The notes: generated by a model from the letters alone, not told the origin. A DNA stretch of 43,473 bases from a virus (IMGVR_UViG_3300046823_000293:1-43473), one strand, 5' to 3'. Positions 7,016-15,425 are shown, counted from the stretch's first letter. Program-made: numbers and translations.

Positions 7016-7378
7016 CTACGCTGCCGCCTCAGCGCTCTCAAGCGGCTCTATCGAGGCGACTCGGCTGAGGGGGATGCCCAGGCTCCGCACGGAACTGACC
7101 CGGAGGTGGAGGACGTTCGGTGTGCCGATCTCAACCGTGCCGCTCTCTAGGCCGCCGTCCTTGCAGTGGATCTTGACCCGCTGGCCGACCATCTGCTCAG
7201 CGACTTCTGCGAGGTCGGGGCGGGCCTCAGCGTTTCCTCCGGGGCCGCGCTCGACGTTGACGGCGCGGCGTAGACGTTCAAAGCCTTTCTCACGCAGAGC
7301 TTCGGATGGCTCAGACGTCGGCCACTCCAGCATCGCCTCGGCCTCCTCGATGGGGAATTCCACCATGACGCGGCTCAT
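7016..7378 (-). CDS. Hypothetical protein with Sm-like C-terminal motif
   Basis: VGQRVKIH...G...IPLSRVASIE; ATGA coupling. Confidence 0.6.
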   Translation of the reverse strand: MSRVMVEFPIEEAEAMLEWPTSEPSEALREKGFERLRRAVNVERGPGGNAEARPDLAEVAEQMVGQRVKIHCKDGGLESGTVEIGTPNVLHLRVSSVRSLGIPLSRVASIEPLESAEAAA

Positions 7379-7704
7379 GCGGTCAACTCCGGGTAAAGGC
7401 CCCTGGCAAAACCGCTGACAAAGCACTGGACAGCGAACGGAAGCCGCCCGTGAAGGCGCTTACGGGGTATAAACCCGAGCAGATTCTCCCGGTCGGTCCA
7501 AAAGCGTCCCGTGCCGACCAGCGCATCACCGCCTAGTGCACGTGAGAGCGGGCAGTCGAGGCCGAAGCCAGCCCTGCCTCCTTTTGGCATCTCGGGGATC
7601 GGTGGGCGCCCGCACTTTTGACGGACCTCGTTGCACCACTCGAGCGCCAGATCCTTGTAAGGGACATTCAGGTCAGGGTCCTCGTACCTGCTCGGGCGGC
7701 TCAT
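7375..7704 (-). CDS. Hypothetical protein
   Basis: Coupled ORF, 109 aa. Confidence 0.7.
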   Translation of the reverse strand: MSRPSRYEDPDLNVPYKDLALEWCNEVRQKCGRPPIPEMPKGGRAGFGLDCPLSRALGGDALVGTGRFWTDRENLLGFIPRKRLHGRLPFAVQCFVSGFARGLYPELTA

Positions 7705-7916
7705 GCGGACCTCAGGCTCGGCGCGAACTCGCGTTCGGCCTGCTCGAGCGCCTCGCGGAGATCCTGGTAGCTGACCTCCGAGCCGAAGCGGCCGACGTGG
7801 ATCGCGACAGACCCGGCGTGGCCCGCTTCCCGTAACTCAAGGAAGCACGACGCGTCGGTTCCGGGCTCGATAGCTGGGACGGTGACAACGATGTCTCGCT
7901 CAACTCGGACGGGCAT
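7701..7916 (-). CDS. Hypothetical protein (MPVRVERD...)
   Basis: ATG at 7916 with GAGGAG RBS. Confidence 0.65.
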   Translation of the reverse strand: MPVRVERDIVVTVPAIEPGTDASCFLELREAGHAGSVAIHVGRFGSEVSYQDLREALEQAEREFAPSLRSA

Positions 7917-9027
7917 CCCGCTCCTCTCGTGTGATTTTGCGCCGGGCGTACTTGGTCGTGGTCTTGGGAGCGGCGTAGAGACGGGTCGGGTCGATCCGCT
8001 CTCCCGTCCGTGCGGCCTGCTCGACGGCTTCCTTGTTGATCGGGGTGCTTCTGGTGACCGCCGCGTCGAAGGCGTAGTCGCCCAGGTAAACCGGCGTCTC
8101 GTGCTCCTTGACCCAGCCCCGCAGGCCACTTTGGATCGGGGCTTTCATGCGGTCGAGAGCCTGAAGCCAGGCGAAGGCGTCGCGGGCATCCTCCGCAGAC
8201 TCGATCTCGAGGACCGGGCGAAGGTGCATCGGGATCGGGCACTCCGATTGGGCGGGGCACTCCGAGCACCAGGAGCCGGGGACCGCCGGCCACTCGTCCG
8301 TCTCGAAGGAGCGCTCGAGGGCCGCTACGTTTCTTTCGAGCGAACGGCGGAACTCCGACAGCTCGTAACGGGTGGATCCCGCCTCACGCATGATGAGCGG
8401 TCCCTCGTCGGTGCGGTGCCGCGGGTATTCGAAGGTGAACCAGACATCGGTGATCCCCGCGCCGAGACTGAAGCCAAGACCCGGAGCCGTCCCCTCGATC
8501 ACGGCCAGCGAATACAGGAGGCGCTGGAAGTTGCGCTCCGTCTCTTCCTGGCGCATCACATGGAGGCTCGTCTTCGCGTCTCTCAGGTACATGGTGGACC
8601 CAGAGACTTCAACGCGGTCTATGCGGCCCGTCACCTTGATCCCGCCGACCTCAAGCTCGACGTCGACCTCTGTACCGACCAGCGCCTCCAGATCAAGCAC
8701 TGTTGCCTCGGCCCAATTCCAGGCGCACTGGCGAACTACGTCCTGCTCTTCGGCCGAAAGCGGGGCAAGCTCGTCGGCCATGATCGAGTCGGCCAGCTCA
8801 GTCGCGACCTCGCCGGGCATCATCGGCTCGCTCTCCGTGACCATCCAATCGGTAGCCCGCTGCATGAACAGGTGGAAGACGGAGCCACGGGTTTTCGGAT
8901 GAGAGGGCGCTCCATCCTTGTGCTTCAGGTAGAGGAACGCTGAGTGCGGGCACTTGTCGTGCTTGGCCAGGAGGCTCTGGCGGAAAGTCTCGGGACGGTC
9001 TATCTGGGGCGGGGCGAGGGTGGTCAT
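7900..9027 (-). CDS. PD-(D/E)XK exonuclease, AddB/Cas4-like with four-Cys Fe-S staple
   Basis: CP..A near the N-terminus, RGSVFH, GRIDRV...RDAKT, Q...Y, WCSECP...CP. Confidence 0.9.
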   Translation of the reverse strand: MTTLAPPQIDRPETFRQSLLAKHDKCPHSAFLYLKHKDGAPSHPKTRGSVFHLFMQRATDWMVTESEPMMPGEVATELADSIMADELAPLSAEEQDVVRQCAWNWAEATVLDLEALVGTEVDVELEVGGIKVTGRIDRVEVSGSTMYLRDAKTSLHVMRQEETERNFQRLLYSLAVIEGTAPGLGFSLGAGITDVWFTFEYPRHRTDEGPLIMREAGSTRYELSEFRRSLERNVAALERSFETDEWPAVPGSWCSECPAQSECPIPMHLRPVLEIESAEDARDAFAWLQALDRMKAPIQSGLRGWVKEHETPVYLGDYAFDAAVTRSTPINKEAVEQAARTGERIDPTRLYAAPKTTTKYARRKITREERDARPS

Positions 9028-9107
9028 TGGTCCCTCTCAAACCACGCCGTGCCGCCGATCCCGATCAGTGCCGCGACCAGCAAGAACACCGGGAGAAGTT
9101 CAGGCAT
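9024..9107 (-). CDS. 27-aa membrane peptide (MPELLPVFLLVAALIGIGGTAWFERDQ)
   Basis: Fills the gap exactly, with overlapping start and stop at both ends; one hydrophobic helix. Confidence 0.6.
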   Translation of the reverse strand: MPELLPVFLLVAALIGIGGTAWFERDQ

Positions 9108-9222
9108 CGGGACCTTCCCTGTCCTCGCCTAGCTTGATGAGGCAGCCGATGAAGAGGGCGACCGGGATGGCGACGATGAACCAGCCGACGACGATCAGGG
9201 TGACTTCCAACCACTCAGCCAT
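9100..9222 (-). CDS. 40-aa membrane peptide (MAEWLEVTLIVVGWFIVAIPVALFIGCLIK...)
   Basis: ATG overlaps the Sak stop; one transmembrane helix. Confidence 0.65.
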   Translation of the reverse strand: MAEWLEVTLIVVGWFIVAIPVALFIGCLIKLGEDREGPDA

Positions 9223-10030
9223 TGACCCGCTTCTCCAGGTCCGCGATGAGCTTCTTCAACTCGTCGTGGGAGTGGGCGGCGCCGGCGAGAGCGCGGGTGA
9301 ACGCCGCCTTGGTCAGACCTTTCGCCTGATCTTTGCTCAGGCCCGCGTAGAGGTCTTCCGCTGTCTGCGTCAGGGCCTTGGCGGTCGCGTCGGTCAGCTT
9401 GGGCGGTTCAGCGGGAAGCTCGGTCTGGGCGGGACCCGCAGGCTCGGCGTCGGCTTCTACGTCTCCGAGAGCGCCCTCAACATCACCGTGGTCGAGGGCG
9501 GGACCGAACATCTTCTCGCCAGTCTTCTTGAGCCATTCCGAATATCCCTCGGCCAGCTTCGTGCGGCCCTTGTCGGTCAGCTTGAAGCGGTCCTTGCCCT
9601 TGTCGGTCTTCCCGTCCGCCGCGAGGTGCCCGTTCTCTGTCGAGAGGAACAGTTTCGGCAGCGCGTAGAGCGAGACGCCGACCCCGAATTTGACCGCCGC
9701 CCGTTTGAAGGCATCGGAGTAGAGGCCCTTGATAACCCGGTCGTAGCCGCTCCCCACATCGAGCCGAGTGATTCCGTCAACCGTGAGTCGGCAGAGCAGA
9801 CCCTTGCCTCCCGGGACCTGCTCGTACTCGTCGGACCAAAGATGCGGGCAGACGTGGTTGAGCCGCTCGGCTGCGAGGCGGGCATCGATGTGAGGAACGA
9901 CGAGCTTGCCGGTCTGGACTTTCCAGCGAACGGCCTCGGCGGTGAAGGGGCGGCGCAGGTGCGGGGCCGCTCCTCGCAGGGTGTTGACCGGCAGCGTGAC
10001 ATCGGCCAGCGCTGAAGTCGGCTCAGGCAT
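9215..10030 (-). CDS. Rad52/Rad22-family single-strand annealing protein (Sak-like)
   Basis: LRRPF...HIDARLAAERLN...W...CRLTVDGITR.DVG...KGLYSDAFKRAAVKFGVGVSLY. Confidence 0.92.
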   Translation of the reverse strand: MPEPTSALADVTLPVNTLRGAAPHLRRPFTAEAVRWKVQTGKLVVPHIDARLAAERLNHVCPHLWSDEYEQVPGGKGLLCRLTVDGITRLDVGSGYDRVIKGLYSDAFKRAAVKFGVGVSLYALPKLFLSTENGHLAADGKTDKGKDRFKLTDKGRTKLAEGYSEWLKKTGEKMFGPALDHGDVEGALGDVEADAEPAGPAQTELPAEPPKLTDATAKALTQTAEDLYAGLSKDQAKGLTKAAFTRALAGAAHSHDELKKLIADLEKRVNG

Positions 10031-10253
10031 TGACGCCCTCTACGACCCAGCCAAGGTCTGCCTCAGAGACTCCCAACACCTCGGAGATCAGCTTGCGGTG
10101 CTCGGGCGGCGGCTTCTTGCCTCGGCGGTAGTCGGAGACAAGCCGCCTCTCGACCCCAGCCTGCTCAGCGAAGGCCGAGTTGCTGATCTCCCGGAGCCAG
10201 AGGAGGTAGTCGAGCGGGACCTTTCCGGCGGGTGTTAAGTATCTACTGGACAC
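10023..10253 (-). CDS. Cro-like XRE HTH protein, probably leaderless
   Basis: SNSAFAEQAGVERRLVSDYRRGKKP...ISEVLGV; TATACT lies 7 nt before the GTG; divergent from the repressor. Confidence 0.85.
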   Translation of the reverse strand: MSSRYLTPAGKVPLDYLLWLREISNSAFAEQAGVERRLVSDYRRGKKPPPEHRKLISEVLGVSEADLGWVVEGVNA

Positions 10254-10258
10254 TCAAC
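10234..10258. promoter_or_regulatory. 25-bp palindromic operator GTTAAGTATC-TACTG-GACACTCAAC over the cro-like start
   Basis: Imperfect 10-5-10 inverted repeat that recurs at 12252, 27790, 35555 and 37466. Confidence 0.85.
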
Positions 10259-10260
10259 GG

Positions 10261-10266
10261 AGTATA
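10261..10266 (-). promoter_or_regulatory. -10 element TATACT of a leaderless early promoter
   Basis: TANNNT followed by 7 nt and then GTG at 10253; no RBS. Confidence 0.65.
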
Positions 10267-10397
10267 TGCAGACCCTTCGGCGGAAAACAGGCAACCGCAC
10301 GCTTTCGCCCCACAAACGCCGCATTTTGCGTAATGTTTCCCGTCTGGTGGTTACGAAACGGCCCCGACAACCTCTGCGGCGCATAGAACTTCGGCCG

Positions 10398-10787
10398 ATG
10401 GAAAGCATGAAGCCGCTGCCCAAGACGTTGCTTGCCCTGATGGAGACGGAGGAGGTCGGGACCAACGAGCTCGGCCGGCGTTGCGCGGCTCACGGCTGGG
10501 GCTCTCCTGGCGCGGTCAGCCTGATAGCCCGCGGCGAACTGCGCCCTTCGCTCAATGCGATGGAGGGACTCGCGAGAGGTCTGGGGGTCGCGCCTGAGAC
10601 GTTCGCGGAGTATCGGCTGGGGATGGCGCGGCGGAAACTTGACCCCGATGCGGTTGGTCTGAAAAAGGCCCTGGCGACGCTCGAGCACTTCAATCTCATC
10701 GAACGAGCCGCAAATGCCGAGGAGAGGGCTCCGAAGGCTCCGGGTCGTCGTCGAGCCTCTCGGAAAGGTCGATCCTCGTCATCTTGA
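10398..10787 (+). CDS. Immunity repressor candidate (XRE HTH)
   Basis: GTNELGRR...SPGAVSLIARGELRPSLNAMEGLARGLGVAPETFAEYRL; the only plus-strand gene divergent from the cro-like gene. Confidence 0.8.
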   Translation: MESMKPLPKTLLALMETEEVGTNELGRRCAAHGWGSPGAVSLIARGELRPSLNAMEGLARGLGVAPETFAEYRLGMARRKLDPDAVGLKKALATLEHFNLIERAANAEERAPKAPGRRRASRKGRSSSS

Positions 10788-10896
10788 AGTAGGGCGGCTC
10801 CTCCTCCTCGGGGTCGGCCTCCCGCAGCAGCCAGAGTGCGTAGTAGGCGATGGCGATGAGCAAATTCCGGTCGAGACCCTTCACGGCCCCGATCAT
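10696..10896 (-). CDS. Small protein with acidic linker and C-terminal RHLRLVR
   Basis: ATG at 10896 after an AT-rich spacer; overlaps the repressor 3' end convergently. Confidence 0.55.
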   Translation of the reverse strand: MIGAVKGLDRNLLIAIAYYALWLLREADPEEEEPPYFKMTRIDLSERLDDDPEPSEPSPRHLRLVR

Positions 10897-10944
10897 TAAG
10901 CCAGGATTAGAAATCCGCAATACCGATTAGTACGAATGTCTAGC

Positions 10945-11172
10945 TCAGGCGCCGAGAACTTCGCCGAGGGACCGTTTGCCGAGGACCTTGTTGGCCTTCG
11001 CGACGATGGCGTCGTACTGCGCTTTGCTGATCTTCCCGGCGTCGAGCTGCTGTTTGGCGCGGGCCTTGGCGTTCGCGGCGTGGCTCTTGTCTGGGACCGG
11101 GTAGCTCCGGTTTTTCCCCGCGAACTGGCCGGGCTTCAGGTTCTTGCGCTGGGCTGCGGTGAGCTTTGCCAT
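10945..11172 (-). CDS. DUF6582-like small basic protein
   Basis: MAKLTAAQRKNL....FA....YPVPDKSHAANAKAR. Confidence 0.75.
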   Translation of the reverse strand: MAKLTAAQRKNLKPGQFAGKNRSYPVPDKSHAANAKARAKQQLDAGKISKAQYDAIVAKANKVLGKRSLGEVLGA

Positions 11173-11354
11173 CAGAGCGTCGGGACCTCGGCCTCAGCGA
11201 AAGCCCGCTTGCTCGCCTTGGCGCCTCGCTTGGCCCCCCACTTCGTCCTGTAGCTCTCAGACACGGCGAGGATCTGACCATTGGAGGCGACCAGGTGGTA
11301 GTAGTAGCCGCCGTCTTGGCCCTTGAAGATCGAGTAATGAGCAGAGGCGGTCAT
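11172..11354 (-). CDS. DUF1508/YegP-family protein
   Basis: YSIFKGQDGGYYYHLVASNGQILAVSESYRTK..A..G. Confidence 0.85.
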   Translation of the reverse strand: MTASAHYSIFKGQDGGYYYHLVASNGQILAVSESYRTKWGAKRGAKASKRAFAEAEVPTL

Positions 11355-11419
11355 GCCCGCTTCGCAAGGAAGACGATGAGCAGGACCAGGATGACGACGA
11401 TCAGGACCCAGATGATCGA
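11351..11419 (-). other. Start-less transmembrane peptide frame SIIWVLIVVILVLLIVFLAKRA, in frame after the holin TGA
   Basis: Typical codon usage; its TGA overlaps the next ATG (ATGA); no ATG/GTG/TTG in its frame. Confidence 0.6.
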
Positions 11420-11617
11420 TCATTTGACGCCTCGCCCTGCGCCGTTGCGAGCCACGCCGAGCTGACCCGCCCCGACTCCGACGATCCCGACAGCCGCGAG
11501 CGCCTGGAACACCGTCAGATCGCCGTTGAGGTAGGCGATCGTGGCGATCACGGCCCCGGCGATGTGGGTCAGGGTCGCGGCGGGAAGGTTGTCGAGGAAC
11601 TTTTCGATGGCGCTCAT
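11420..11617 (-). CDS. Holin candidate (2 TM, basic tail)
   Basis: Two hydrophobic segments; directly downstream of the endolysin candidate. Confidence 0.7.
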   Translation of the reverse strand: MSAIEKFLDNLPAATLTHIAGAVIATIAYLNGDLTVFQALAAVGIVGVGAGQLGVARNGAGRGVK

Positions 11618-11620
11618 GGG

Positions 11621-12247
11621 TCAGTCCTTCCGGGAGTGGTTGTCGAAGGCCCGGTAGCGGACTTCCGTGCCCGCTCCGAACTGGTCGAAGGTGCCGGTAT
11701 CGACTTCAGGGACGCCGTGCTGATAGACGAGCGTGCCCTCACCGGCGCTGGCAGCTACGTGGAAGCCATCCCCCGAACCGAAGACGACCGCAACGCCCGC
11801 GTGCTTTTCGGCGTACTCGCGGGTGACCTTTTTGCCTTCGGTGAGGATCGTGCCGGTAAAGCCGCCGCTGGTGCTCGGACCCTTGAGGCCGCAGCAGTAG
11901 CGCAGCATCGTGAACCACCAGGAGCAGTCTGTGCGGTGGCCCTCGCCGGCAGGAACGTTGGTCAGCGCGTAGCCGATAATCCAGGTCCCGGCCTCGCTGT
12001 ATTCGAGGCGAAAGATCCGGTGCGCCAGTTCCATCGCGTAGAGCAGCCGCTCCTCTGGCCTGCCTCCGCGGATCTGGTTGCGGCCGACCCGGTGCGGCTT
12101 GTTCAGCTCCTTGCGCCGTTCGACCGCTTCCTTCAACTGGAGAGTCCGGTGCTTGACGATCTTCCGCCAGGCGTTGCGGACCGCCACGAAGTGCTTCTCC
12201 TTGGCCTGCCCTTCGACGAGGTGCTTGCGGTATTCGTCAACCGTCAT
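11621..12247 (-). CDS. Endolysin candidate, NlpC/P60-like cysteine peptidase
   Basis: TDCSWW...G.TGT...VVFG....FHV; position within the lysis cassette. Confidence 0.7.
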   Translation of the reverse strand: MTVDEYRKHLVEGQAKEKHFVAVRNAWRKIVKHRTLQLKEAVERRKELNKPHRVGRNQIRGGRPEERLLYAMELAHRIFRLEYSEAGTWIIGYALTNVPAGEGHRTDCSWWFTMLRYCCGLKGPSTSGGFTGTILTEGKKVTREYAEKHAGVAVVFGSGDGFHVAASAGEGTLVYQHGVPEVDTGTFDQFGAGTEVRYRAFDNHSRKD

Positions 12248-12251
12248 CGTC

Positions 12252-12276
12252 GTTAAGTATCTACTAGGCGCTCGAC
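12252..12276. promoter_or_regulatory. Operator/promoter motif GTTAAGTATC-TACTA-GGCGCTCGAC
   Basis: Ends 4 nt before the endolysin ATG. Confidence 0.8.
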
Positions 12277-12283
12277 GGAACCG

Positions 12284-12856
12284 CTAGCAGAGTTCCGCTA
12301 GGTGGTCGACGGTGGTGCAAACGCCTTCTATGACTGGAGAGAGGAGCCCTGACTTCGGCTTGGGGGGCGGTTCGTGGGTCGGCTCAGAAGGCTCGCTGGA
12401 TTCCGGCGGCTGCCCTGTCCCTCCTGGCGGCCCGCTCGATGGCGGGCCGGTTTGCTGGTGGCCCGAAGAACCGGGCTGGAGGGCACCACCTCCTTTCGAA
12501 CACTGGCAAGGCATTTCCTTTTCGCTTGGCTTGATCGTGATCCCCGAGTTGGGCTTCGGACATGGGTAGCCGACTTTGAGGAATGAGATGCAGGTCGTGT
12601 AGGTGGAGGCGGCGCGGGAGGCTTCCTGCTTGGTGTGCTGGCAGTCGTAGCTGGCGGCGTTGGTTTCGCAGGCTGACCGTTTCTCGATCCGCTTGATCTG
12701 GGTGTCCTGCTGCCCGTTGATGATGATCGCGTAGGTCCCTGCGAACAAGGCGACGCCGATGGCAACGGCGAGCGCGACCGACACCCGCCGCAGCCGTTTG
12801 ACGGTCCTCGCGAAGTCCGGGTCGGTGACTTGAAGCTGGTCGAGGAGGTCGTTCAT
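12284..12856 (-). CDS. Single-pass membrane protein, Cys- and Pro-rich (lysis accessory candidate)
   Basis: N-terminal TM helix and Pro/Ser/Gly linker. Confidence 0.7.
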   Translation of the reverse strand: MNDLLDQLQVTDPDFARTVKRLRRVSVALAVAIGVALFAGTYAIIINGQQDTQIKRIEKRSACETNAASYDCQHTKQEASRAASTYTTCISFLKVGYPCPKPNSGITIKPSEKEMPCQCSKGGGALQPGSSGHQQTGPPSSGPPGGTGQPPESSEPSEPTHEPPPKPKSGLLSPVIEGVCTTVDHLAELC

Positions 12857-13074
12857 CAGTGCCCCCCGCCGCCGAAGAGGACCGCCGCCGCCGCTCCAAC
12901 GATGGCGAGGATGACGCCGCCGAAGAGGACCGTGATCCGGTTCATAACCGTGGTGGCAACCTGGACCTTCACGTCGCGGATCGCCTCTCGTTCCCTGAGG
13001 TCATCGATGTCCTCGCGGTCCCTCTTCTGGGCGGCCTCGACCTGCTCGAGCTTGTAGGCGTCGAGATCACTCAC
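12856..13074 (-). CDS. Coiled-coil plus C-terminal TM protein (holin accessory/XhlA-like architecture)
   Basis: Charged helix followed by a long hydrophobic segment. Confidence 0.7.
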   Translation of the reverse strand: MSDLDAYKLEQVEAAQKRDREDIDDLREREAIRDVKVQVATTVMNRITVLFGGVILAIVGAAAAVLFGGGGH

Positions 13075-15299
13075 CCTCGCCTCCTACGCAGGATCGCCTG
13101 CACGATGTCTTCGGGTTCGCCTTCGCCCTGGAGGTTGACTTCGGTGTTCGGGGTGAGGAGCGGGTTCAGCGCGTTCAGGCTGGTGGCGCCGATGACTCCG
13201 GGGCGGGCGCCGCTTTCGCCACTAGCCGCTCCGCTCGCACCCACGCCGGCCGGGCCTGAGACGAGTTCTCCCGATGGTCCGATGGCGGCACCGGGAAGAA
13301 CCGCCGATTCCTTGACCGCGACTTTCCCGCCCTTGAAGTGAGGCCGGACGATCCCCGCTATCGGCTCTGAGGCTGTCTCCTGGGACACGGGAGCCTGCGC
13401 GACTTCGTTCCCGTAGTTGCCGGAGATCATCTGGCCGTTGCCGATATAGAGGCCGACATGCGCGGTGCTGGAGGCGGGGCCGAAGACGAGGATGTCTCCT
13501 GGCTTGGCCTGTTGGAGGTTCGTCCCGATGTTCGAGCCGCCCTTCCAGGAGAGCCAGGTGCCGGAGTAGGCGGGATTTTCGGGTGCTGGCAGACCTCGGC
13601 GTGCCATCCCCGCAGCAATGAACTCCGAGCACCACGGTTCCGCTGCGCTGACTCCCGACTGAGCCGCCCATTTCAACTGAAGCCTCGATCCCTCCTGAGT
13701 GCCGAGGAGCGCTTTGGCCCATTGCACCATGCCCTCCGCGTCGGCTCTGACGAAGACGGTTTGCGGCGCCGGTCCCGGTCCGGTGTCGCCTGCCTTGACC
13801 GGGATCCCGGCCCGCCCTGCTGCCAGTTTCGCCTGAACGAATTGCTGGACCGCTTTCGGGTCGGGCGGTCGGCCTGCCTTCGAGAGTGCGAGGTGCTTTT
13901 CAGCTTCGCGCTTGACGGCTTCGGCGTACCAGCCCGCGTGATTGTAGGAGAGCGCCGCGTTGTACCAAGTGGCAGGGTTCTTCGTCGCCGGCGTCGACGG
14001 AAAGGTCTGGAGGTACTGACCAGCACCGAGAGAGGCGTCGCGGAAGTTGTAGATCGAGTGCTTCGCTGCGTTCGGCCCCCAGAGTTCCTGCGCGACCTGT
14101 TGCCAAGCGTCGCCCGATGCACCCGTCCCGTTGCCGATCTGGTACGGGCCCGCCGCGCCTGCGAAGTTCTGACCGGAATGGACACCGGGGAGGGTCGAGC
14201 GTCCGTAGTCGCTCTCCTGGCTCAGGATGCCCGCGAGAAGCGCTGCGGGGGTTCCTGTGCGCCGCTGAGCTTCCCCGAGCGCCCGGATCTTCGCCGGGTT
14301 CAGTTCGGGGAACTGGCGGGCGAGGGCTGCCGGGTTTGCGCCGGAATGTGCGACGCGGCTCTTGGCGGTCGCAAGGCGGTTCACTGCGCGGCGGGTTGCA
14401 GGGACCGTCAGCTCTCCGCGTTTGTTGACGCGCAAGCCTCGCCCACCGCTTTCGTCGAAGATGACCTTCCCGGTGCGGCTGTCCACGAGTTTGTTGCCTC
14501 GCCAAACCTGATGATTCCGCTTGTTGGCGTAGCGGCTCTGGGCGCTGAAGGTCGTATCGAGCGGCGTCTTGAAGGTGTCGGGGAAGTGTTCGCCCTTCTT
14601 CCAGCCCTTGCCGCTGGTTGCTTTCCAGAAGCCCCGCATGTCGTAATCGGTGTGTTTTGCTTCGGGGTTGAAGGGGACACTGTGGGCGGCAACCCAATGG
14701 CGGAACTGGCGCTCTTCTTCTGGCGCGAGTTGCGTCTGGTAGGGGCCGGGCTTAGCGAGGGACTTGTTGTGCGAGTAGGCATCCTTGTAAAGCTTGGTTG
14801 GTCCCTCCTGGGTGAATAGCGGGGTCTTCGTGGCCGCCTTGACCACCTGTCCGACCGTGGGCGTGCCGAGGGTCTTGCGCCCGAGAACCGAGCTGACCCG
14901 CTGCTTGGGGATGCTCGCCGCGTCCTGGGTGATCTTGTTGATTCCCTGAGCGGCCGTGTGGATCAGGGAACCCGCCGCTTCCCCGAGGCTCGACGGGGCT
15001 TCCTGGGGGCGCACACCGAGCCTGTGGGCCGCTTCTGCTGTCTCCTTGGCGGACGGGCCCGGAGTGATGAGGTCGGAGAGGGTGTTGAGGATGCCGGTCG
15101 GGGCGGTCCTTGGCGTGTACCGCGTCGGGGAAGGGCGGGACGGCGAAGGGGTCGGGGAACCGATGGGAACCGAGGGTGGCCGCACGTACGCCTTGGTCGG
15201 ATTCGTGGTCGTGACCGCTTCACCGGAGGGCTTCGTATGGCCGGTCGGGTATTCGAGCTTCCCGGTCTTGTGGTTGTAATGAAACGATGGACCGGGCAT
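13071..15299 (-). CDS. Virion ejection protein with lytic transglycosylase and CHAP/NlpC-P60 domains
   Basis: LAGILSQESDYG...NFAGAAGPYQI...SYNH; EPWCSEFI...PGDILVFG...HVGLY...SGN. Confidence 0.85.
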   Translation of the reverse strand: MPGPSFHYNHKTGKLEYPTGHTKPSGEAVTTTNPTKAYVRPPSVPIGSPTPSPSRPSPTRYTPRTAPTGILNTLSDLITPGPSAKETAEAAHRLGVRPQEAPSSLGEAAGSLIHTAAQGINKITQDAASIPKQRVSSVLGRKTLGTPTVGQVVKAATKTPLFTQEGPTKLYKDAYSHNKSLAKPGPYQTQLAPEEERQFRHWVAAHSVPFNPEAKHTDYDMRGFWKATSGKGWKKGEHFPDTFKTPLDTTFSAQSRYANKRNHQVWRGNKLVDSRTGKVIFDESGGRGLRVNKRGELTVPATRRAVNRLATAKSRVAHSGANPAALARQFPELNPAKIRALGEAQRRTGTPAALLAGILSQESDYGRSTLPGVHSGQNFAGAAGPYQIGNGTGASGDAWQQVAQELWGPNAAKHSIYNFRDASLGAGQYLQTFPSTPATKNPATWYNAALSYNHAGWYAEAVKREAEKHLALSKAGRPPDPKAVQQFVQAKLAAGRAGIPVKAGDTGPGPAPQTVFVRADAEGMVQWAKALLGTQEGSRLQLKWAAQSGVSAAEPWCSEFIAAGMARRGLPAPENPAYSGTWLSWKGGSNIGTNLQQAKPGDILVFGPASSTAHVGLYIGNGQMISGNYGNEVAQAPVSQETASEPIAGIVRPHFKGGKVAVKESAVLPGAAIGPSGELVSGPAGVGASGAASGESGARPGVIGATSLNALNPLLTPNTEVNLQGEGEPEDIVQAILRRRRG

Positions 15300-15320
15300 T
15301 ACGCGCTACCCTCGCTAGCC

Positions 15321-15425
15321 ATGAACAACATCGACACGCCGCTCTGGGTCGTCGCCGTTGGGATCTTGCTCACGGTCGGGACGATCCTCTGGTACGGGTA
15401 TTCCTTCGTGGAGCGCCTGTTCTGA
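15321..15425 (+). CDS. 34-aa antisense membrane peptide (moron, possible superinfection exclusion)
   Basis: MNNIDTPLWVVAVGILLTVGTILWYGYSFVERLF fills the intergenic gap; TACCCT 8 nt before the ATG. Confidence 0.65.
   Translation: MNNIDTPLWVVAVGILLTVGTILWYGYSFVERLF

Noticed and set aside
7900-9027. Cas4 of a CRISPR-Cas system
   Set aside because: No other cas genes or array; it sits beside Sak as a recombination exonuclease.
5860-10015. Long plus-strand ORFs (5860..7002, 7882..8943, 8954..10015)
   Set aside because: Antisense shadows of int, exonuclease and Sak, expected in high-GC DNA.
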